A stretch of DNA of 30,086 bases. It comes from Thermoproteota archaeon (GTDB lineage: Archaea > Thermoproteota > Thermoprotei > Thermofilales > B9-G17). Positions 1-6,906 of this stretch are shown here, in pieces; within the stretch, counting starts at the first letter, position 1, and each line of letters opens with the position of its first letter. The notes beneath the pieces are model-generated. The model was not told the DNA's origin. It saw nothing but the letters and a program-made list of their open reading frames with translations, and ran no database searches. The stretch spans positions 1 to 30,086 of the forward strand of contig JAPDJW010000026.1 of NCBI GenBank assembly GCA_029258885.1, written 5' to 3'. Position numbers and translations under genes: made by a program.

Positions 1-243
1 GACCCTTATTTCCACACCTCTTTTCTTCGCCAAGTTGAAAATCTCCAGATGATTCACGACGATTTCTTTCAAACCTTCGGGGTGGTGATAATGATTATGT
101 TCTTACTAACACTCTTGAACATGGAATCCAACTGCTGGTGCAGAGAGAATTTACCTTTAATCGCTCCACTCAACTCTTTAGAATAGAGCTGAGTCAACTC
201 CTTCATCACGTCTCTGTTCCTCAATTCCTCGATTCTCGCTGCA
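1..243 (-). pseudogene. TrmB-family transcriptional regulator fragment (frameshifted, runs off the window start)
   Basis: Minus strand reads AARIEELRNRDVMKELTQLYSKELSGAIKGKFSLHQQLDSMFKSVSKNIIIITTP. After a 1-nt shift near 75-85 it continues EGLKEIVVNHLEIFNLAKKRGVEIRV, which resembles the TrmB sugar-binding region (LSGxIKG...ITTxEG...AKKRGV). There is an in-frame TGA upstream at 262-264 and no HTH part. Confidence 0.6.
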
Positions 244-489
244 CCAGCAGGAATGGAATTTCATCGCGCCAGAAATGAGAAAGGGAAGAAAGCGTTAAGC
301 GAATTGGAGTGTGGAGTGTCCCCGAAACTCTTCGATGAAGCCAGAAGAAATAAGAAAACTCCTCAAGATGACTAGACATTACGAAAAATTACTTAAATAA
401 TTTTAAATAGAGAACAATTATCTACGGTAGAGAGCTAACAAGAAGAAGGATAAAGAGATATAAAATAGCTAATGTTATCGCAAAAACTG

Positions 490-1242
490 CTAAACAGTAT
501 CCCTTATTAGCCTGGCTTTATCCCAGTAGTATTGGAATAGATCCCTACACCAGCTAAGCCCCTCTTCATCCTCGACCAGAAATCCTCGGTAATCTATTTC
601 ACTCGTTAGGTATGGGAATGCTACTCCGGCACGCTTCTCGTTCTGTACCAATGCTACATCTATTGAATCAAGAAATCTTACGTTAAACCTTCTAGCAGCC
701 CTATTATCTACTTTAGCTTTTCTAGGAAGGGATGCTCTCGATGGTAGAATTATCTTAACAATAATATCTGAGGGTTTTATTGAGAGCATTTCGATACCGC
801 TTAGAAGAACTTGTTCGGTTATTATTAAAACGTATTCCTCTGCCTCCCTAATTATAGCTTCAATTAGGTTTATCGCCGTAAACAAGTCTGGAGCAAACCT
901 TGTCCTCGCTAACTCTCCTATTCTCTCTAGGAAGCTTCTCGGTATACGCGTGAGATCATGCGTCAGGAAATAGTCCTTATGTTTACACAGAAAACTAAAC
1001 GATGGAAGTAATGTCAGAATACATTGTCCGAAGCTTGTGAGATAATAGCTTCCATCCTTATCTCTGTCAACCAACCCCACTTTTATCATTCGCTGAAGAT
1101 TTCTATGGGTTTCCTGGACTGAGAAATTAAGCTCTCTAGCGATATGGCTTAATTTCATTTTCCTTCTTTCAAGGAACTTGAGAATCCTAACCCTATCGAT
1201 ATTCGATAGCTCTAGGAATAGTAGCGATACATCCATACCCAT
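490..1242 (-). CDS. Winged-helix transcriptional regulator, ArsR-like HTH plus DUF1724-type C-terminal domain (COG4742-like)
   Basis: N-terminus LSNIDRVRILKFLERRKMKLSHIARELNFSVQETHRNLQRM...GSYYLTSFG. C-terminus ALVQNEKRAGVAFPYLTSEIDY...WCRDLFQYYWDKA. Confidence 0.85.
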   Translation of the reverse strand: MGMDVSLLFLELSNIDRVRILKFLERRKMKLSHIARELNFSVQETHRNLQRMIKVGLVDRDKDGSYYLTSFGQCILTLLPSFSFLCKHKDYFLTHDLTRIPRSFLERIGELARTRFAPDLFTAINLIEAIIREAEEYVLIITEQVLLSGIEMLSIKPSDIIVKIILPSRASLPRKAKVDNRAARRFNVRFLDSIDVALVQNEKRAGVAFPYLTSEIDYRGFLVEDEEGLSWCRDLFQYYWDKARLIRDTV

Positions 1243-1289
1243 CTATATAACGATTCATCTAATTAGTCTTCCTACCTAATGTTAAAAGC

Positions 1290-1340
1290 TTCAACAATAC
1301 TATTGAAACTTCAATATCTTTCTTCAAAAACATTTATATT
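1290..1340. promoter_or_regulatory. Divergent promoter: palindrome TATTGAA-AC-TTCAATA (1301-1316) just upstream of BRE-like CAAAAA (1325-1330) and TATA TTTATA (1333-1338)
   Basis: 7-2-7 inverted repeat, with additional TTCAA half-sites at 1290 and 1323, read directly from the sequence. Confidence 0.55.
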
Positions 1341-1376
1341 TAGGACTGGAAAGCGAAGAAGCAATCTCAAGCCCCG

Positions 1377-3407
1377 GTGTCTGCAATGAAAAAGCCAGGC
1401 GCCTTAAGGGTCGTCATATCCTTTATTCCATGGATAATGTATTGGAGTTTATCGGCAGTGGACTTAGCCTTAAGTCTCCTCCTAGGTCTACTTGTATCAA
1501 TTATAGTGCTTTATTTGACGTTTAAAATCGGGGGATCAAGGATCTTTAATTCTGTACCGCTAGTATTCTTCCTCGCATCGCTGGTACTCCTATATAGCGG
1601 GTTAGGAGATTATCTCATATATTGTGACCCAGCTAGCTATGTTATACTCTTCACGACATCCTTCGTCAGTATATTGAGTAGGAATCCGTTTACCTTGGAT
1701 TTCTCTAAGGCCGATTACCCTGAGTCCTACTGGAACGACCCTAACTTCCTTAGGATAAACTACCTGTTGACATATATGTGGACTATAATATTCCTCGCCA
1801 ACACGTTTCTATCCCTACTCCCCTTCCCGCTCTCGCTTACCACGGTAGTTCTAGTAGTTAGCGGAGCAGTTTCATCGGCTGTTCTCCCCGAACAACTAGT
1901 TAAACTATACTTTAGACGGGAATTCAGGAAGTATCCAGACTGGTCTCCCAATGGAAGGGAAGTCGTAATTGTGGGAGCGGGCATTGGAGGTCTAACTTGC
2001 GGCGCTCTACTAGCGAAAAACGGCTTTAAGGTTACGGTTCTGGAGCAACATTATCAGGTTGGAGGCTACTGTACCTCGTTCAAGAGAAAGGGATTTACCT
2101 TCGACGGCGGCGTTGAATCCATTAGTGGATTATGGGAGAACGGACCAATAAAGCTCCTGCTGGATGAGCTGGACGTTGATTGGAGGAACGTTTTCACTCG
2201 AACTAGGGAAGCCTATATCTTTAAGGGTGAATTAATGGAAATTCCCGAGAAATTCAGCGACTTCATCAACCTCCTAGTGGAGAAATTCCCTGATGAAGCC
2301 GACTCCATTAGACGGTTCTTCGGGCTCATGGAGAATGCATATAGGGAGCTCTACATGAACATTGTTGAAACGGGAGGCGTTCCACTGCCTCCGCCACTCA
2401 TATTTAAGGTTGCAGGCTTTAAGGCTTTATTCAACTATCCGAGAGTGAGACCCCACGCATATATGTTGCAGAGTAGGACTCTTAAGGAGCTCTTGGACGA
2501 GTACTTCAGTAACGAGGATTTAAAGAAGCTGTTATCTACATTAACGGCATACATTGGTACGTCCGTCGAGAAGACTCCGGCTCTATCCATGGCCATCATG
2601 TACGGATACTACATGTACGGCGGCTATTATCCGAGAGGGGGCTCTCAGGAGTACGCAAACCTGCTAGCCAAAATTATAGAGGAAAACGGCGGGAGAATCC
2701 TAACTAGACATAAGGTTGAGAAGATAGTAGCGGAGAATGGGGAGGTTAAGGGAGTTATTGCTAACGGGAAGATGTTTAAGGCTTCGATAGTAGTGTTTAA
2801 CGCTAACGTAAAGCAGCTACTACGTCTAGTAGACGATTTGCCAGCGGATTTCGCAGAGGAGATCAGGAGATTAAAGCCCTCAGTTACGGCCTTCATGGTC
2901 TACCTAGGGCTGGACATGGATCTCTCAAGGTACCCTCCCCTAATTAAGGATCTCGATAGAGGAATAGGCTTAGTCATTAACTCCAACATGGATGAAAGCC
3001 TCGCTCCAAGGGGATGTTCGACCCTAACTATAGTGACGCTACTGCCAACGAAAATGTATGATTTCTTCGATAAGGAGAAGATAGGCTTTGAAACCTATGC
3101 CGTTAGAAAGAGGAAATTCGCCGAAGAACTGATTAGAAAGGCGGAGGGGATAATTCCTGGATTAAGCGAACACGTTGTAGTCATGGATGCAGCTACACCA
3201 TATACCTTCAAGAGGTATACCTTAAATTATCGTGGAGCAATTTATGCCTTCGATCAGTCCATAGATGCGCCGAAGCGCCCATACTTTAAGACGCCTATAA
3301 AGGGATTATACCTAGCTGGTGCCTCAACGTTCCCTGGAGGAGGAATAGAGGCTGTAACGATATCAGGTGTGATTGTGGCGAGGGATATAGCTGGCTGGAA
3401 AAGCTAA
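1377..3407 (+). CDS. Membrane-domain-fused phytoene dehydrogenase/retinol saturase-like FAD oxidoreductase (COG1233)
   Basis: About 180-aa hydrophobic N-terminus containing the NPFTLDFSKADYPESYW motif, then the Rossmann motif VVIVGAGIGGLTCGALLAKNGFKVTVLEQ...GGYC and C-terminal GLYLAGASTFPGGGIEAVTISG. Start is GTG 1377 or ATG 1386. Confidence 0.85.
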   Translation: MSAMKKPGALRVVISFIPWIMYWSLSAVDLALSLLLGLLVSIIVLYLTFKIGGSRIFNSVPLVFFLASLVLLYSGLGDYLIYCDPASYVILFTTSFVSILSRNPFTLDFSKADYPESYWNDPNFLRINYLLTYMWTIIFLANTFLSLLPFPLSLTTVVLVVSGAVSSAVLPEQLVKLYFRREFRKYPDWSPNGREVVIVGAGIGGLTCGALLAKNGFKVTVLEQHYQVGGYCTSFKRKGFTFDGGVESISGLWENGPIKLLLDELDVDWRNVFTRTREAYIFKGELMEIPEKFSDFINLLVEKFPDEADSIRRFFGLMENAYRELYMNIVETGGVPLPPPLIFKVAGFKALFNYPRVRPHAYMLQSRTLKELLDEYFSNEDLKKLLSTLTAYIGTSVEKTPALSMAIMYGYYMYGGYYPRGGSQEYANLLAKIIEENGGRILTRHKVEKIVAENGEVKGVIANGKMFKASIVVFNANVKQLLRLVDDLPADFAEEIRRLKPSVTAFMVYLGLDMDLSRYPPLIKDLDRGIGLVINSNMDESLAPRGCSTLTIVTLLPTKMYDFFDKEKIGFETYAVRKRKFAEELIRKAEGIIPGLSEHVVVMDAATPYTFKRYTLNYRGAIYAFDQSIDAPKRPYFKTPIKGLYLAGASTFPGGGIEAVTISGVIVARDIAGWKS

Positions 3408-3414
3408 CCCACGC

Positions 3415-3442
3415 TTATATAAACGTTCGCGAATTTATATAA
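3415..3442. promoter_or_regulatory. Near-perfect palindrome TTATATAAA-CG-TTCGCGAA-TTTATATAA over the HEPN-MNT promoter
   Basis: Removing CG gives a perfect 26-bp palindrome. It contains TATA-like arms and lies 12 nt upstream of the HEPN GTG. Confidence 0.55.
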
Positions 3443-3454
3443 TCAGGTGTTTCC

Positions 3455-3850
3455 GTGAGAATAGATGAGATACAGCAGTTAATTAGAAGATCCAGAATGT
3501 TTCTTGAAACAGCGCGTTTCCAAATTGATAGAGGATTTTACGACTTAGCCGCATTTAGTCTTGAACAAGCGCTTCAGCTATTTCTTAAAGCTAAACTATT
3601 GGAGATGGGCGTAGATTATCCTAGAACGCACAGCGCTAGAAGATTACTAGAGATGCTCTCCGGAATTCTTTCAGGCGAGGCTAGGGAAAGGGTTGAGAAC
3701 CTGCTTAGAAATTATCTAATGGAGCTTGGAGTACTAGAAGATGCATACATTACTTCTAGGTATGTTGTAAGGGAGTATACGCGGGATGAAGTTGAGAGAC
3801 CAGCTAAAGTTGTAGAGGAGGTGATTAGAAATATCGAATCTATTAGTTAG
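3455..3850 (+). CDS. HEPN domain protein (COG2250-like), putative toxin
   Basis: FLETARFQIDRGFYDLAAFSLEQALQLFLKAKL...YPRTHS...LEDAYITSRY. GGTG SD at 3446. Confidence 0.9.
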   Translation: MRIDEIQQLIRRSRMFLETARFQIDRGFYDLAAFSLEQALQLFLKAKLLEMGVDYPRTHSARRLLEMLSGILSGEARERVENLLRNYLMELGVLEDAYITSRYVVREYTRDEVERPAKVVEEVIRNIESIS

Positions 3851-4145
3851 AGAAGCGCTAAGAAGGCGGGAAATCTTCAATAATCTGGAGGTATACCTCA
3901 AGATTATAAAGGATACCGTGAGGAATATGGATCCTGAGGCTGAAGTATTTCTATTTGGTTCGGTTGCTGAAGGTAAATATGTATTTTCAAGCGATATAGA
4001 TATCCTAATAATCACGAACGCCAACCCTGGGAATGTGCTTGAAGAGCTCTGGAAGAAAGGCATTAAGGATCCCTTCGAAATACATGTTCAGCCTCCCGAA
4101 AAACTTAGATTCTATAGTAGAAAATGCAAGCTAGTAAAAGTTTAA
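3831..4145 (+). CDS. Minimal nucleotidyltransferase (MNT), putative antitoxin; start extended to ATA 3831
   Basis: VFLFGSVAEGKYVFSSDIDILII (GS...DxD motif). The frame is open back to the TGA at 3822, adding the typical N-terminal helix SNLLVREALRRREIFNNLEVYLKIIKDTV. GGAGGTGA lies at 3817-3824. The ORF track start at 3918 truncates the protein. Confidence 0.85.
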   Translation: MSNLLVREALRRREIFNNLEVYLKIIKDTVRNMDPEAEVFLFGSVAEGKYVFSSDIDILIITNANPGNVLEELWKKGIKDPFEIHVQPPEKLRFYSRKCKLVKV

Positions 4146-4405
4146 AGGCTAAATTAGTGTAGTCTTTGAGTATAGGAATTACATTCGCGCCTCTGCGTTT
4201 GATAAGAATATGAACCAGTAATATTATATAACTAATTGGGTTAAGGGGTTCTAGGCTTTAATTATGAACAAAACGCTATTTATTAGAGTATTTATATTTA
4301 ATTCTCTGCTTAATATAAGACCTAGGTAAAGGATTAACCTTAATAATATTGAAATGTGAAGCTTTTCTCTATAAGCTAAAATATCTGCGGCGAAATAATA
4401 ATATC

Positions 4406-5002
4406 ATGCCCATATATGTTGTAGTGGTTAAGGATAGAGAGACTATTTTGGCGGACTTCTTTTCAAGCATATATTTTAGGCGACATTACATCGAGTTGCT
4501 TAGGTATATTAGGGATAACTTCGGGGTAGAGTTTCCAGTATTTGAGAGCATTCTATCGGGTAAGCGCTGTACTGATCCCAGCGAACTTCTTAATGAGATT
4601 ATTAGCTTAACCTTATTCCTAAATAGGTATGAGGGAAAGATTCCTAAAGCCTACTTCCTGGCTATAATGCCTAGGGACTATAGTGATGTTGTAAGCCTCC
4701 TACTGGGTGGAGCGGCTTCAGTGGCTATACCCCATGGCAATTCAATTATTGAGTTGGAGGGAGGTTTGGGCGGATTAGCTATGTATAGGGATGGAGTTAA
4801 GGTTAAGGAATATAGAGAGGGGGATGAAATAGAGGTTAAGGATATGAAGTTTAAGGTATTTACGAGGACGGCCTACGACGCTTTCGGTAAGCCTTTAAAG
4901 ACTCTTGTTTTAGCATCGATTATTGCTGAGAGGAGCGGTGGAGAGATATTTCTATCCGAGGAGCTGCCTCCCGAGCTATCAAGGAGGCTGCCAAGTATAT
5001 AG
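4406..5002 (+). CDS. Hypothetical protein (198 aa), probably leaderless from ATG 4406
   Basis: Long open frame with host-like codon usage. No recognisable motif. Confidence 0.7.
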   Translation: MPIYVVVVKDRETILADFFSSIYFRRHYIELLRYIRDNFGVEFPVFESILSGKRCTDPSELLNEIISLTLFLNRYEGKIPKAYFLAIMPRDYSDVVSLLLGGAASVAIPHGNSIIELEGGLGGLAMYRDGVKVKEYREGDEIEVKDMKFKVFTRTAYDAFGKPLKTLVLASIIAERSGGEIFLSEELPPELSRRLPSI

Positions 5003-5082
5003 TCGTCTTCAACCTAATAATAAGTCTGGTATTGTTATTAGATAGCTTTAACTCCTCTGATGAGGAGTTAAAGGGTTCTAAA

Positions 5083-5489
5083 AGCTTCCTAAAGGAGGAG
5101 AGCAACTTCCTTCTACGCTACGAGTTTGAGGATGTTGGAACTTACAAGAGAATTCTTGAGGCAATGACAGCTATCTCGGAAATGTATATGAGAAGATAGC
5201 GTTAGAAGACATTATACGTGAAATTAAGGGTAGTAGGTTGCCTACGGCCCTTAAGTTTGGTAAATGGTGGCATAAGGGCAAGGGAATAGATATAGTAGGT
5301 CTTAAGGGAAGGGAGCTAGGAATATTTGTTGAAATGAGGTGGAGCGACTTAATGCACCGAGATATTAAGGGAATATATGAAGAGCTCATAGCTAAATCAA
5401 GGCGATTTGACGTTAAAAAGAAAACATACGTGATAGTATGCCGAAATGGACAGAGTACTAGAGCCGAATATCTGAAAGTTTGCAGCTAG
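5083..5489 (+). pseudogene. Remnant of an archaeal ATPase-wHTH-DUF234 (PD-(D/E)xK) gene with an internal deletion and frameshift
   Basis: SFLKEESNFLLRYEFEDVGTYKRILEAM is joined near 5165, in another frame, to SYLGNVYEKIALE...KFGKWWHKGKGIDIVGL...IFVEMRWSDL. The ATPase domain is absent. Confidence 0.75.
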
Positions 5490-5827
5490 AGGATATATTT
5501 CAGGGCTAAATATTTAAGTTATTGTCTACACGGAACGGACGATGAGCTAATAATGATCTATTAGATTATCAATAAGAAGACTGTGGCCATTGAAAACCCT
5601 TAAGCCGAGAATCCGTAGTTAAATAGAACTTATTTCTCCCTATACTTTAAATACATAGTTGAGTAGAATAGGTTATCTACGCTATTTCTATGACCAAGCA
5701 AATGTGTCTAAACACTAATCTTAAAGTTTTAAGATGATAGTAAATCTGTAAAACCTGGATTTAAAAATATTTTCCCTTAATTCAGTAATAATAGCTTAAA
5801 GTAAAAGCCAGAATAAAAGTTAGAAAA

Positions 5828-6511
5828 TTAGGAGGATTTTAGCTCCTCTATTTTAACCTTGATCTTTTCAAGTTGTGAGCTAATTATTGAAAGCTGTTTC
5901 TCAAGCATATCCTTCTGTTGCTCTAACATCCACTTCTGTTGCTCCAGCATCCACCTCTGTCTTTCTAAAAATTTTATAAAGCTTTCTCTATCTCCCATAG
6001 GGGACATTTGGGCTTGTGGGGCTGTAGGAGGTTGATATCTAGGCGGAGCTATTGGCATAAACGGAAATTGCATAAATGGAAATTGCATGGGTGGAGGCTG
6101 AACTTTTGGCATTGATGGAGGCTGAGGATACGTGGGAGCAACTGGTGGCTGAGCTGTTGTAGGCACCTCAGTTAACTCTCCATTCTTGTATTTTTCGACT
6201 GCCTCCTGTACGGTGAGGTATGGTTCAACCGATAGAATCTTTACTCCTCTTTGCTCTAGCATCGTCCTAGACTGTGGCATGATGGAGGCTGTTATTAGAA
6301 CCTCTGCCCCCTCCCTTACAACGATATCTGCTGGATTGTACATTGGATAGGGGAAGAAGAAACCTCCAGCTAGCGGTATGGAATAGACGTCGGTGACGTT
6401 TCCATCCTCAACTGTAACGAACGTTATGTAGGGAGAGTTTTCAAACTGTGGAGATACATAGGCGGATAAGCCGTCAGGCGTGCTTGTTGTAATAGCCAGT
6501 TTAACCAACAT
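5828..6511 (-). CDS. NifB/NifX-family (COG1433-like) domain plus Pro/Gln/Phe-rich linker plus C-terminal coiled coil
   Basis: KLAITTSTPDGLSAYVSPQFENSPYITFVTVEDG...GAEVLIT...GVKILSVEPYLTVQEAVEKYKNGEL. Tail is MLEQQKWMLEQQKDMLEKQL. GGTGA SD upstream. Confidence 0.8.
   Translation of the reverse strand: MLVKLAITTSTPDGLSAYVSPQFENSPYITFVTVEDGNVTDVYSIPLAGGFFFPYPMYNPADIVVREGAEVLITASIMPQSRTMLEQRGVKILSVEPYLTVQEAVEKYKNGELTEVPTTAQPPVAPTYPQPPSMPKVQPPPMQFPFMQFPFMPIAPPRYQPPTAPQAQMSPMGDRESFIKFLERQRWMLEQQKWMLEQQKDMLEKQLSIISSQLEKIKVKIEELKSS
5901..5963. repeat. Three imperfect 21-nt tandem units encoding heptad repeats (xMLEQQK)
   Basis: tcaagcatatccttctgttgc / tctaacatccacttctgttgc / tccagcatccacctctgtctt. 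Confidence 0.8.
6055..6088. repeat. 15-nt tandem repeat encoding MQFPFMQFPFM
   Basis: gcataaacggaaatt gcataaatggaaatt gcat. Confidence 0.8.
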
Positions 6512-6519
6512 TCATCACC

Positions 6520-6699
6520 TTAAAATAGGATCCAGAACCACGGTGAAAACCAGAGGTAATACCAGGGATACAGCCAGTAGCCCAGGGTTCCCAGTAGCAG
6601 ATAGTAGGGCAGCATGCTATAGTAGTAATAGTAGTATGGCCAAATCATGTAGTAATATAAGAAGGGACTATAGTACCACGGATAGTACCAGTAAAACAT
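6520..6699 (-). CDS. Unannotated 59-aa Tyr/Trp/Pro-rich microprotein
   Basis: Hand translation gives MFYWYYPWYYSPFLYYYMIWPYYYYYYSMLPYYLLLGTLGYWLYPWYYLWFSPWFWILF*. A GGGGGA SD and TTATATAAAA lie upstream. The TAA stop is followed at once by the GGTGA SD of the NifX-like gene. Confidence 0.75.
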   Translation of the reverse strand: MFYWYYPWYYSPFLYYYMIWPYYYYYYSMLPYYLLLGTLGYWLYPWYYLWFSPWFWILF

Positions 6700-6906
6700 G
6701 CCAATCCCCCTTTTATATAATTTGATTTCTCATATTAAAAGTTAGCCTATAAAATAGTTTCATAGAATAGTTCTTAATAAGTAGCGGTAAAATGTAATAA
6801 GAAATTATCTTAGCTATAATATCTCTTTTCCCTTATACCATACGCTTGAATCCTCTATGTAAAAGCTTATTATTTTATTCTGAGAATATTTTTATGGTGT
6901 TCCATC

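Noticed and set aside
245-255. CAGCAGGAATG matches part of an Illumina paired-end adapter, where TrmB similarity ends
   Set aside because: Only 11 nt, the flanks do not match, and it cannot be separated from chance without reads.
335-400. Short ORF MKPEEIRKLLKMTRHYEKLLK
   Set aside because: 21 aa, with no clear SD or homology signal.
3734-4063. 109-aa minus ORF and similar short antisense ORFs (1760, 2645, 7086, 7899, 8300, 10397, 11350, 21598, 28175 and others)
   Set aside because: They lie opposite well-supported genes and have no recognisable motifs.
4349-4405. N-terminal extensions called by the ORF track (also 11096, 14331, 18136, 30028)
   Set aside because: They run through promoters or upstream genes. 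Downstream starts fit the SD, TATA box or ATGA overlaps better.
6480-6725. 81-aa plus-strand ORF rich in Ser/Thr
   Set aside because: It is the antisense shadow of the Tyr/Trp-rich minus-strand ORF (TAC/TAT read backwards as GTA/ATA/AGT). The minus ORF has the SD, TATA box and operon coupling.
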